Below are positions 9,523-19,137 of a stretch of 64,000 nt of DNA, one piece after another. The position numbers and the translations under genes were made by a program. Source of the DNA: a virus (Duplodnaviria > Caudoviricetes); the IMG/VR virus record IMGVR_UViG_3300029822_000006, positions 3,809-67,808 of that record. One strand, 5' to 3'. The notes under the pieces were generated by a model, which saw only the letters and a list, made by a program, of their open reading frames with translations, was not told the origin of the DNA and made no database searches. Position 1 is the first letter of the stretch; every line of letters starts with the position of its first letter.

Positions 9523-10258
9523 TTGATTGATATAAAAACAAATATTGTTTTAAATGAAGATTTCTTACAAAATGATTTACCAGATAAAAGTATTGACTTA
9601 ATAGTTACTGATCCTCCCTATAAAACTATTACGGGAGGTGATAGTAATGGAGTTAATTCAGAAAGACCTAAAGGTATGTTGGGTGGAAACAGGAAATTAT
9701 TTAAATATCAAAAATTAAAAATATCTGATTGGATGCCACAATTATTTAGAGTTCTTAAACCAGAATCACATTGTTACATATTCACTAATGTTATTAATAT
9801 GGAAGAAATGCTTAGAGAAGCTAGAATAGCAGGATTTAAATTACATAATATACTTTGGATGGCTTAAAAACAATTGCACACCCTCACAATATTATATGAA
9901 GAATTGTGAATATGTTTTATTTCTTAGAAAAGGTAAAGCTAAATGGATTAATAATATTGGTGGAAGTAAAACTAAGCATGAATTTTTAGTTGAAGATAAT
10001 CCAATAACTATACAAATTGATAATATAATAGGACATAAATTACATCCTACTGAAAAACCTGTAGAATTATTAAAATTTTATATATTTAATAGCAGTAAAG
10101 AAGGAGATATAATATTAGATCCATTTGCAGGAAGTGGGAGTACATTGGTTTCAGCTAAAGAATTGAATAGACAATACATAGGTTATGAAATAGATAAACA
10201 ATATTATGATGTAATAGTTAAAAGATTAATAAGGAGGATATATAAATGCAACAGATAG
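9523..10258 (+). pseudogene. beta-class DNA methyltransferase split by a +1 frameshift near 9853-9856
   Basis: DPPY half (9523-9867) and HPTEKP/DPFAGSGST half (9896-10258). The +1 frame reads WLKNNCTPSQYYMKNCEY directly after LHNIL. Confidence 0.85.
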
Positions 10259-10554
10259 AACATACATATTGTGATTTAGTTAGACAATCTATAAGAATAA
10301 AAGGTGTTATTAAGAATACAACTAAAGGTTTAATTGTAAATTTAAGTGATAACAAAATAAGTAAAGAAGAATTAGTTTTAAGTTTTTTAAAATGTTTTAG
10401 AAGTAATTATGATATATATCCAGATAAATATAATTTAAAAGAATATAAGAATAAATTTTTAAAAGAAAAAATACTAGAAAAAGAGAAAGAATTAGAAGAT
10501 TTAAAGTTTGCATATAAAATTTGTGGTAGAAAGATTTTAAAGGAGGATATATAA
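10246..10554 (+). CDS. hypothetical protein
   Basis: ORF with AAGGAGG RBS. Confidence 0.6.
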   Translation: MQQIEHTYCDLVRQSIRIKGVIKNTTKGLIVNLSDNKISKEELVLSFLKCFRSNYDIYPDKYNLKEYKNKFLKEKILEKEKELEDLKFAYKICGRKILKEDI

Positions 10555-10809
10555 ATGTCAGATATAGCAAGTAGAGAAGATATAAAGAGATATTTAGAAA
10601 AAGGAAAGAAAAATGGAGCAAAATATATGTTGATGGTATGTGATACTTTTAGTTTTGAAGATTATCCTGTATATGTTAAAGAAAATGAGAAATTGGTTGA
10701 TATAATAAATAAATATGATGATAAGAATATGCAGGAAATTCAAGAGATTTATAATTTAGAAATGGATATTGACATAAAATTAAATAAAGACAGAGTTTGG
10801 AATACATAA
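10555..10809 (+). CDS. small hypothetical phage protein
   Basis: AAGGAGG RBS; VCDTFSFEDYPVYV. Confidence 0.65.
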   Translation: MSDIASREDIKRYLEKGKKNGAKYMLMVCDTFSFEDYPVYVKENEKLVDIINKYDDKNMQEIQEIYNLEMDIDIKLNKDRVWNT

Positions 10810-10824
10810 TTATCTTGGCTATTG

Positions 10825-10867
10825 GAAAGGAGGTGATATTTTGGATTTAGATAAAGAGAAAATATTA
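10825..10867 (+). repeat. linker repeat A, copy 1 (copy 2 at 11769-11812)
   Basis: GAAAGGAGGTGAT..TTTTGGATTTAGATAAAGAGAAAATATTA is nearly identical in both copies. Confidence 0.9.
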
Positions 10868-10999
10868 AAAGAAAAGAGATATCAGGAATATAGAGACAAA
10901 GTTTTTAAATGTAATAATCAATATGTTAGAGATATAAATTGGTATCTGACAGATAGTTATCAAAATTATATTAATAAAATAAAAAAGAATAATAATTAA
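10841..10999 (+). CDS. small hypothetical protein (52 aa, not in ORF track)
   Basis: TTG start after AAGGAGGT; LDLDKEKIL N-terminus shared with the 11777 ORF. Confidence 0.6.
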   Translation: MDLDKEKILKEKRYQEYRDKVFKCNNQYVRDINWYLTDSYQNYINKIKKNNN

Positions 11000-11020
11000 A
11001 TGATTAGAAAGGATATGATT
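10990..11020 (+). repeat. linker repeat B, copy 1 (identical copy at 12098-12128)
   Basis: 31-nt exact repeat TAATAATTAAATGATTAGAAAGGATATGATT, containing a stop codon, RBS and ATG. Confidence 0.95.
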
Positions 11021-11752
11021 ACCATCCAATATGTAGGAAGTAAAAATAAAATATCAAAGGAATTGGCACCTATAATTCAATCTTATATACATAGTGATAC
11101 AAAAGGATATTTAGAACCATTTGTTGGTGGAGCTAATATGATAGATAAAATACAATGTAATAACAAAATAGGATATGATATACATGAAGAATTAATAGAA
11201 TTATTAAAATATGCCCGAGACAATGAATTGCCAGAAACAATTTCGGAACAAGAATATATGGAAGTTAAAAATAATAAAGAAAAATATGAACCTTGGTATG
11301 TAGGATTAGTTGGGTTTTGTGGAAGTTTTGGTGCAAAATATTTTGGAGGTTTTGCAAGAAGATATAATAAAGATGGAACTTTATTTGATGTTCCAAAACA
11401 AGCAATTAATTCATTAAGAAAACAAAGTTTGTTAACAAGTTTTAAGGATATTATATTTGTTTGTTCTAATTTTTTAGATTTGCCAATAGATAAAATAAAT
11501 AATTATGTAATATATTGTGATATACCTTATAATGGAACTACAAAATATAAATCAAACAATTTCCCATATGAAGATTTTTATGAATGGGTAAAGAAATTGA
11601 GTACATATAATACAGTATTAATAAGTGAATATAACATGCCTAAAGAATTTACTTGTATATGGCAGAAAGAATTAAAAACTTCTTTAGGAAGTGGAATAAA
11701 TAAAAATAGTGATAAATCAAGAATAGAAAAATTATTTACATATAAAAATTAA
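11015..11752 (+). CDS. Dam-like (D12/alpha class) DNA adenine methyltransferase
   Basis: YVGSKNK, YLEPFVGG, IYCDIPY, VLISEY. Start moved from 11000 to the ATG downstream of the AGAAAGGA RBS. Confidence 0.85.
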   Translation: MITIQYVGSKNKISKELAPIIQSYIHSDTKGYLEPFVGGANMIDKIQCNNKIGYDIHEELIELLKYARDNELPETISEQEYMEVKNNKEKYEPWYVGLVGFCGSFGAKYFGGFARRYNKDGTLFDVPKQAINSLRKQSLLTSFKDIIFVCSNFLDLPIDKINNYVIYCDIPYNGTTKYKSNNFPYEDFYEWVKKLSTYNTVLISEYNMPKEFTCIWQKELKTSLGSGINKNSDKSRIEKLFTYKN

Positions 11753-11776
11753 ATAATATCATATGATAGAAAGGAG

Positions 11777-12100
11777 GTGATGTTTTTGGATTTAGATAAA
11801 GAGAAAATATTAGATGAATATGGGGTAGCTATAATAAGTGCTATGTTGAGTTTTGCTGAATATAAGCCAAATATAGATATACCATGTGAAATGTTTATAG
11901 ATGATGAAATTGAATTGTTTGGAAAGAAAATAAAGTGTAAAAGTAGTAATCCTGAATTTACTGAAGATAAGAAAAAATATTATGATGATTTAATGGACGA
12001 ATATAGTAAAGAGGAAGAGGAGTTTATTTATAATTATTTAAAAGAGAATTATGGAGATACAGATTATGCGGAGAGATTTATGAAGAATAAAATTAAGTAA
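11777..12100 (+). CDS. hypothetical protein (start probably TTG at 11786)
   Basis: Starts with repeat A (LDLDKEKIL). Confidence 0.6.
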   Translation: MMFLDLDKEKILDEYGVAIISAMLSFAEYKPNIDIPCEMFIDDEIELFGKKIKCKSSNPEFTEDKKKYYDDLMDEYSKEEEEFIYNYLKENYGDTDYAERFMKNKIK

Positions 12101-12122
12101 TAATTAAATGATTAGAAAGGAT

Positions 12123-12992
12123 ATGATTGAGATTAATAATATAGAAGAATTAAAAAATAAAATATTTAATGAAGATTGTATTTCAGAGAATTTAAATGAA
12201 GGAATGAATAGAATACCTGATAAATCAATAGATATGATATTATGTGATTTACCTTATCAAAAGACAGAAATGTCATGGGATACTATTATTCCATTTAATA
12301 AACTATGGAAGCAATATGAAAGAATAATTAAAGATAATGGAGCAATAATTCTATTTGGTAATCAACCTTTTACATCTATGCTTATTATGAGTAATTTAAA
12401 ATTATTTAAATATTGCTTAGTATGGAATAAAGAAATATGTGGAAGTTTTGCTATGGCTAAATTAAGACCTATGATTATACATGAAGATATTTGTGTATTT
12501 AGTAAAGGAACTACAGCTAATGGAAGTAAAAGAAATATGATATATAATCCTATATTAAAAGATGCAGAAGAAAAGAATATTAGACCTGTTAATCAAGGTA
12601 GTTCTTTTAGTAATGCTACATTTGGAGAACGTTCTAGTCAAAGAATGGCTAAAAGTGATAAAAATTATAATCCTAAGAAAAGATATCCTAAAAGTATATT
12701 TACATATTCAAAATATAATGCTGAATGTAATCAATTAAAAAGATTACATAGCACACAAAAACCTGTAGAATTATTAAAATGGCTTATTTCTATGTATAGT
12801 AATGAAAATAATATTATATTAGATAATTGTTGTGGTTCTGGTAGTACTGCAATAGCTAGTATTAATACAAATAGAAATTATATATTATTTGATAATGGTA
12901 AATGTGATAAAAAAGGTGATAACTATAGTAGATATTGGGCTGATATTTCTCAAGAAAGAATTAATACATATTTAGAAAATAAGATTTTATAA
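12123..12992 (+). CDS. DNA N6-adenine/N4-cytosine methyltransferase (beta class)
   Basis: ILCDLPY, HSTQKP, ILDNCCGSGST. Start taken at the ATG after the RBS in repeat B. Confidence 0.88.
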   Translation: MIEINNIEELKNKIFNEDCISENLNEGMNRIPDKSIDMILCDLPYQKTEMSWDTIIPFNKLWKQYERIIKDNGAIILFGNQPFTSMLIMSNLKLFKYCLVWNKEICGSFAMAKLRPMIIHEDICVFSKGTTANGSKRNMIYNPILKDAEEKNIRPVNQGSSFSNATFGERSSQRMAKSDKNYNPKKRYPKSIFTYSKYNAECNQLKRLHSTQKPVELLKWLISMYSNENNIILDNCCGSGSTAIASINTNRNYILFDNGKCDKKGDNYSRYWADISQERINTYLENKIL

Positions 12993-13115
12993 AAGCATTA
13001 TTTTATTTGAAGATTAAATGATAATTCATTAAAAATATGAGGTATTTTTTATGAAATAGATAAATAGAAAGGAAATTATTGAGATAATGTTAATAAAATT
13101 TAAGGAGGAAATATA

Positions 13116-13616
13116 ATGGGGTATTTATGTTTAAGTTGTTTTGAAGAATTTGATGGTGATTTATTAAAATTAGAATATAATGATGGATATAGATATTATT
13201 GTCCTAATAAAAAATGTGGCGATATGAATTTAGTTGAAATTGATGATTTAATATTACCTGTAATTAAATTGTTAAACATAAAAGGATATTATACAGAGTA
13301 CACATGTTCAGCTCATTCATATGAAAATAATACTAATACATATATTGTATTTAATGAGGAATGTGTACCAGATGTAATACCTAAAGGATTTTTTATTGAG
13401 GATAATGAGTATTATAGGAAAAATTACCATTGTAGTAGATCAGGAGATACTATGTGTATAAGAAAATGGTATAGTAAAGAATTAAATGAATATGAATTAC
13501 ATAAAGAAATTTGTAAGACTATGATTGATTTAATGGAATGGGTAGAGAAATTACCTTATAGAAATGAATTTGAAGAAGATGAGCAATGTAATTTGAGGCA
13601 GGAACATGAAATCTAA
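13116..13616 (+). CDS. hypothetical protein with zinc ribbon and LNxKGYxTxxxCxxH motif
   Basis: CLSC...CPNKKC; LLNIKGYYTEYTCSAH. Confidence 0.55.
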   Translation: MGYLCLSCFEEFDGDLLKLEYNDGYRYYCPNKKCGDMNLVEIDDLILPVIKLLNIKGYYTEYTCSAHSYENNTNTYIVFNEECVPDVIPKGFFIEDNEYYRKNYHCSRSGDTMCIRKWYSKELNEYELHKEICKTMIDLMEWVEKLPYRNEFEEDEQCNLRQEHEI

Positions 13617-14370
13617 AAAATTAATTAATTTAGTTATATCTACATTAGTTGGAACTTTTATTACATTGTCAGGATATTGTGGATATAAGGTTTATTTAAA
13701 TTGTAGATATGAAAACAATATTAAAGTTCAACAATTACAACAGGATAATACTAATAAACAAGTATTAAAAGATTGGCAATATAAATTAAATCAGTTTAAA
13801 GTAAGTTGTAATAAAGAAGAAAAATTATTAGTGTTATCTGGTATAGTTGATATAACTAATACATTTACTGATAAAGATGAAATAGTAAAATATCAAGGTG
13901 ATGATAGTAGAATTAGATTTTTAGCTAATAAATTAAATGAATTAAAGAGTAAGAGTATGACAGTAAATACTGAATATAGGTTTGGTTATACATATAATTT
14001 GAGGGATTTTATGAAAGTTAGTTGTGATAATAGCATGTTAGATATTGAGATTAGTAAGCAATATTTAAATCTACAATATCTTGATGAGGAAACTAATAAA
14101 ACTACTATAGATACTGATACACATTTATTTAGTGGTAAATTTACTCCTCAAGAACAACAAGCCATTATGGATGTGACTAAGGTTAAGGTATGGAATAGTG
14201 TTATTAGTAATAGAGATATTCAGGATAAAGCTATAGAAGTTGCTAGGGATAGTATTACGGATATGGGGAAGAAGTTTGGTTTTGATAAGGTTAATGTGAA
14301 AGTTGTTGATTCGGTAGGGAATATTAGTAATCAGGAAGTGAAAATAAATAAGATTAAGTTTGATAAATGA
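13606..14370 (+). CDS. membrane-anchored protein, DUF4230-like
   Basis: N-terminal hydrophobic helix; C-terminal IQDKAIEVARDSITDMGKKFGFDKVNVK resembles DUF4230. Confidence 0.4.
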   Translation: MKSKKLINLVISTLVGTFITLSGYCGYKVYLNCRYENNIKVQQLQQDNTNKQVLKDWQYKLNQFKVSCNKEEKLLVLSGIVDITNTFTDKDEIVKYQGDDSRIRFLANKLNELKSKSMTVNTEYRFGYTYNLRDFMKVSCDNSMLDIEISKQYLNLQYLDEETNKTTIDTDTHLFSGKFTPQEQQAIMDVTKVKVWNSVISNRDIQDKAIEVARDSITDMGKKFGFDKVNVKVVDSVGNISNQEVKINKIKFDK

Positions 14371-14401
14371 TTAAATAATAATTAAGGAGAGGAAATAAAT
14401 T

Positions 14402-14734
14402 ATGGGTTATGGTTTTATTTGTGCAAAAACTAAAAAAGATATAAATGAAGATAAAGAAATATTGTTTTTTGAATGTCAATATAATTATCAACAATATTTT
14501 AAGAAAGCTTTTGGAGAAGAAATAACTAACTATAGTGGCAGAATAACTAAAAGTAATATTGATGAATATATAAATGGTATTGATAATTTTATTAATATTT
14601 TAGAAAAAGGTGTTGATGTGCCAATGTATAGAGGTTATATAGGGAATTGTAGTCAAAATAATTTAATAAAATATTTCAAAGAGTTAAAAGATTTAATTGA
14701 AGAGGGTAAAGTAAAATATATAATGATAGGATAA
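14402..14734 (+). CDS. hypothetical protein
   Basis: ORF with AAGGAG RBS. Confidence 0.6.
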   Translation: MGYGFICAKTKKDINEDKEILFFECQYNYQQYFKKAFGEEITNYSGRITKSNIDEYINGIDNFINILEKGVDVPMYRGYIGNCSQNNLIKYFKELKDLIEEGKVKYIMIG

Positions 14735-14778
14735 AATTTATTTTTTATAAAATATTTAAAAATAGAAAAGGAGCTGAA

Positions 14779-17538
14779 ATGTTGAAACAAAAATCAGAAT
14801 TAAGATATATATATAAAATTCATTCTTCTGTATTAAAAAGAAATGATTGGAATTTAAATATTACATTACAGGAAGCAAGGAATAACGATCAGTTAATTTC
14901 TTTAGCTAATAATCAATTAATAGATTTTATTGATGAAATAAAACATAATAAGATTAATATGGATAATATTCATTTAATAAAACAAACTATTGAAGAATTA
15001 AAAATAAAAGTCTCTACATTGAAAAATAAAGAATTGATTCAAGATTTATATATACAGAAAAATTCTATATTATTTATTGAAGATATTGTTGAAATTGTTA
15101 TGGATAATAAAAAAGATTTTGATAGATGTTGTATGAAAAAAGGATTTTATATTAATGATATCAAATATAAAAGATTACTAGGTACAACAGGTGGTATAAA
15201 AAAATCTACTATATTCTTTGTTTCATATGAATTATATGATGAATTAAATAAAAGATTGAATAATGGTAGAAATGAAGATATACCTTTAGTTCCTGCAAAA
15301 TTAGAAGCATATAAAGCATTAACATGTAGTTCTAGTATTCCTGTGACTGTACCAAAAGGAATATTGGTTGTTAAAGATATAGAAACCACATTTAAAGAAG
15401 ATGTTATTACTATTAAAAATTCTGATACAGATAGACCTGATTTAATATCAGAAGAAAAATATCAAATTAAATTAAGTCCTTGTGATGGTTGTAGTATAAT
15501 ATTACCTTCATTGGCTAAAAAATGGACTAAAGAATTGACAGGAAAAAATGATATTTTATCTGGTTTTTGTATTAGAAATTCTTTTTTAAAAGGTATGCTA
15601 TATCCTTTTGATTTTATTGATTTTGCTAAAAATATTGCTCATAAAGAAATCGTAAAAGATATATGGGGTAATGATATTAATATTAATAATGTTGAAATGA
15701 TTTTAACAGATAATATGTTAAAACTTTGGAATTGCTATAGTAGTATAGATAATTATTTAGATAATTGTAAAAAAAATAATTATAAATTTAGAGTAACTAA
15801 ATATTGTGAACCAGAATTAGAAAATGAAAGAAATCTAAATTACCAATTTATACAAAGTTATAATTTAAAAGATGAAGAAATAGATGAATTGATAAAACCT
15901 ACAGTTAAAGAAATACAAGATGTTTTAGGTGGTGATTATAGAAAAACTTTATTATTCTTAAAAGGTGTACACATGACTGATGATACAGCATTTTCTGGAG
16001 ATAAAAATACAGATATTGTAAAAGCATTGATGATTGAACCAAAATTAATTAATGATTCTTTTATTAGACAAAGAGTTTATAAAGCGATAAATAAAAGAAT
16101 AAAACAAGCAAAAATTGGTGTGTTGAAAGTAAAAGGTTGTTATAATATTGTTGCTGGAGATGTATATGCTTTATGTGAACATATATTTGGAATGGAAGTT
16201 AAAGGATTATTACATGCACATGAATTTTATTCTAAGTATTGGTTAAATAAAGGAATAAATGAAATAGTTAGTTATCGTGCCCCAATGACATGTCATAATA
16301 ATATTAGGAAAATGAAATTAGTTAATGATGAAAATATTACTTATTGGTTTCGATATATGAAAACTTGTCTTATATTAAATGCATGGGATACAACTACACA
16401 AGCAATGAACGGAGAAGATTTTGACGGGGATGCTAATATATCAACCGATAATGAAATATTATTAAAAAATACAATGGATTTACCAGCGATTATTTGTATG
16501 CAAAATTCAGCTCAAAAGAAAAAAATAAAAGAAGTAGATTTAATAGAATCAAATAAAAAAGGTTTTGGAGATGCAGTAGGAAGAGATACTAATAGAATAA
16601 CTACTATGTTTGAAAGATTAGCAAATTGTAAAGAAAATAGTAAGGAATTTAATGAATTAATGTATAGGATAATGTGTGGACAACATTTTCAACAATTAGA
16701 TATTGATAAAGCTAAAGGTATAATCGCAAAATCAATGCCCAAAGAATGGTATGATTATAAGATAAATAAAATAAAAGATGAGGATTCTTTAAAAGTTATA
16801 AAAGATAAAGAATTTAATTTATCTATATTAGCTGAAAAGAAACCATATTTTTTTATATACATATATCCTAAGTTAATGTATTCTTATAAAAAGTATATAA
16901 AAGATAGTAATGATAAATGTATGTTAGTATATAATAAAAGTATTAATGAATTAGAACAATTATCAAATAAAACAAAAGATCAATTAGAATTTTTAAGTTA
17001 TTATAGAAAAAATATGCCTGTAGGAAATAATAATTGTATTATGAATAAAATATGCCATAAAATAGAAAATATTTTTGATAATAATGTTAATTATGATGTA
17101 TCAAATCAATTTGATTATACTTTATTTAAAAATCCTGAAGAGTATTCTAAAAAAGAATATAAATTAATTAAAGTATTATATGAGCAATATAAATCAGAAG
17201 TGCAACAATATATGCAAGTTGCTAAAAGTAATAAAATGGATAAAGATGAAGCGAGAGAACAAAGAGGAATTTTTAAACAGAAATTTAAAGAAAAAGCTTT
17301 TGAAATTTGTAATAATAAATATAAGTTATGTAATATAGTAATAGATTTATGTTATAATAAAAATTCAACAAAACAATTTGTATGGGATATGTGTGGAGAT
17401 GTAGTTTTAGAAACATTATTAAAAAATCACGATTATATAATTACTTATCCGAAAAAAGACGATAAAGGTAATTTCACTTTTGGAGGATATACTTTTTCTA
17501 TGCAAAGTAAGATTTTAGATAAGGAGAGATGGATTTAA
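14779..17538 (+). CDS. yonO: YonO-like single-subunit RNA polymerase (cellular RdRP-related double-psi beta-barrel)
   Basis: 919 aa; SYRAPMT and catalytic NGEDFDGD; IDKAKG; located upstream of HU and the structural module as in SPbeta. Confidence 0.88.
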   Translation: MLKQKSELRYIYKIHSSVLKRNDWNLNITLQEARNNDQLISLANNQLIDFIDEIKHNKINMDNIHLIKQTIEELKIKVSTLKNKELIQDLYIQKNSILFIEDIVEIVMDNKKDFDRCCMKKGFYINDIKYKRLLGTTGGIKKSTIFFVSYELYDELNKRLNNGRNEDIPLVPAKLEAYKALTCSSSIPVTVPKGILVVKDIETTFKEDVITIKNSDTDRPDLISEEKYQIKLSPCDGCSIILPSLAKKWTKELTGKNDILSGFCIRNSFLKGMLYPFDFIDFAKNIAHKEIVKDIWGNDININNVEMILTDNMLKLWNCYSSIDNYLDNCKKNNYKFRVTKYCEPELENERNLNYQFIQSYNLKDEEIDELIKPTVKEIQDVLGGDYRKTLLFLKGVHMTDDTAFSGDKNTDIVKALMIEPKLINDSFIRQRVYKAINKRIKQAKIGVLKVKGCYNIVAGDVYALCEHIFGMEVKGLLHAHEFYSKYWLNKGINEIVSYRAPMTCHNNIRKMKLVNDENITYWFRYMKTCLILNAWDTTTQAMNGEDFDGDANISTDNEILLKNTMDLPAIICMQNSAQKKKIKEVDLIESNKKGFGDAVGRDTNRITTMFERLANCKENSKEFNELMYRIMCGQHFQQLDIDKAKGIIAKSMPKEWYDYKINKIKDEDSLKVIKDKEFNLSILAEKKPYFFIYIYPKLMYSYKKYIKDSNDKCMLVYNKSINELEQLSNKTKDQLEFLSYYRKNMPVGNNNCIMNKICHKIENIFDNNVNYDVSNQFDYTLFKNPEEYSKKEYKLIKVLYEQYKSEVQQYMQVAKSNKMDKDEAREQRGIFKQKFKEKAFEICNNKYKLCNIVIDLCYNKNSTKQFVWDMCGDVVLETLLKNHDYIITYPKKDDKGNFTFGGYTFSMQSKILDKERWI

Positions 17539-17539
17539 T

Positions 17540-18316
17540 ATGAATATTATTATGAATGAAAAAGAAGAAGCTGAAAGAATAATTAAAAATAATGAAATTA
17601 ATATGAAAAAACCTTCAGAAACAATACAATTATTAATAAAATATTATTATAATGAAAAGCATATGAATAAAGAAGATATTCGTACAGTGATAGAATGTTA
17701 TATGCAAAAAAATTATAAAGAATTTAATTCTACTAAATGGCAAAATAGTTTAGACCGAGCAGTTCAAATATATGCAAGTAACAAATATAAATTAATAAAT
17801 ATAAATAGAGTATTTATTACTGATGATGAATTTAAAGAAATTGAAAAATTAAATGATATAGAATTAGAAAAAGTAGCTTTTGTATTATTGGTATATGCTA
17901 AAACATATAATCAAATTAATGAACAAAACAATAATTGGGTAAGAGCAAATAAAATAGATATATTAAAGGATGCAAAAAATAAAAGTAGAAATAAAATAAA
18001 TAAATATAAATTATTTACTGATTTAAATGATAAAGGATATATAGATTTTGCTAAAAAAATTAATAATACAAATATTCAAGTAAAACATGTTAATAATTTA
18101 TCTCCAGTAAAAATAGAAATAAATAATTTAAAGAATTTTATATCTGAATATCTAAAATGTAAAGAAGGATATTGTATTATATGTGGGAAGCCTGTAAAGA
18201 AAAAGAATAATAGAATTAAATATTGTAAACAATGTGCTAAAGAAATTAAACAAAAACAAACAAGAGAAGTTGCTAGAGAAAGTATGCGAAAATTAAGAGA
18301 AAAAAGAAAATGTTAA
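17540..18316 (+). CDS. hypothetical protein coupled to the RNAP gene, with C-terminal zinc ribbon
   Basis: Starts 1 nt after the RNAP stop; CIICG...KYCKQC. Confidence 0.6.
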   Translation: MNIIMNEKEEAERIIKNNEINMKKPSETIQLLIKYYYNEKHMNKEDIRTVIECYMQKNYKEFNSTKWQNSLDRAVQIYASNKYKLININRVFITDDEFKEIEKLNDIELEKVAFVLLVYAKTYNQINEQNNNWVRANKIDILKDAKNKSRNKINKYKLFTDLNDKGYIDFAKKINNTNIQVKHVNNLSPVKIEINNLKNFISEYLKCKEGYCIICGKPVKKKNNRIKYCKQCAKEIKQKQTREVARESMRKLREKRKC

Positions 18317-18476
18317 GAAAATAAGAAAGCTCTGTAGACGTTGATATAACTAGCTTTAGAACATATTTCCTTTAAAAAGTGTAATTTTCTAATATGAAGA
18401 GAAAAAATAAATAATATTAGGCATTTTCAGCAAACACTTAAATTAAACAAAAATGATTAAAGATTAAATAAAACAC

Positions 18477-18505
18477 TTGAAAATTAATATATTATATAGT
18501 ATAAT
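18477..18505 (+). promoter_or_regulatory. sigmaA-type promoter
   Basis: TTGAAA-17 bp-TATAAT upstream of the outer tnpB. Confidence 0.55.
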
Positions 18506-19137
18506 AAAATTATGGAAAGTGAGGTGAATATTATGAAATTAAGTTTTAAGTGTTATTATAAATTTAATCAATTACAAAATAATATTATAAATGAATTGTC
18601 TTATCATACTACAAAATTATATAATATTGCTAATTATGATTGTAGAGAAAATAAATATAATAATTTTTATACTATGAGAGAATTATATAAAAATAATTAT
18701 CATAAACAATTTCTTTATTCTCAATCTTATCAACAAATATTTAAAATATTAGATCAAAATTGGAAATCATATTTTGCAAGTATTAAGGATTATAAGAAGA
18801 ATCCTAATAAATATAAAGGAGAACCAAAAATTCCTAAATATAAAAATCTTAATAATAAAAAGAATGAAATTGTATTTGATAAACAGGGTATAAGATTTAA
18901 AAATAATTATTTAATTTTATCTTTATCTAAAGAAATGCAAAATAAATTTCAGGTTCAAAGTTTAAATTTTAATATAAATTATATTAAAATACCTAATATT
19001 ACAAAGGCTTAGCAGAAAGCCCACGTCTTTTAAGCGTGGGATGAATGCTTATACTACTTAAATATTTTTATATAATAATTAAATAATATTATATTTATAT
19101 TTCATATATGTTATAATTAAATTATCAAGAAAGAGAG

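Noticed and set aside
11000-12122. MIRKDM N-termini on the two MTases, as given in the ORF track
   Set aside because: The first ATG lies upstream of the AGAAAGGA RBS within repeat B; the second ATG is the plausible start.
19008-19013. Alternative left boundary after TTAG at 19012
   Set aside because: It does not restore the outer reading frame. The TTAC boundary fits the AAAG guide, matches the spacing and register of the right end, and restores the frame.
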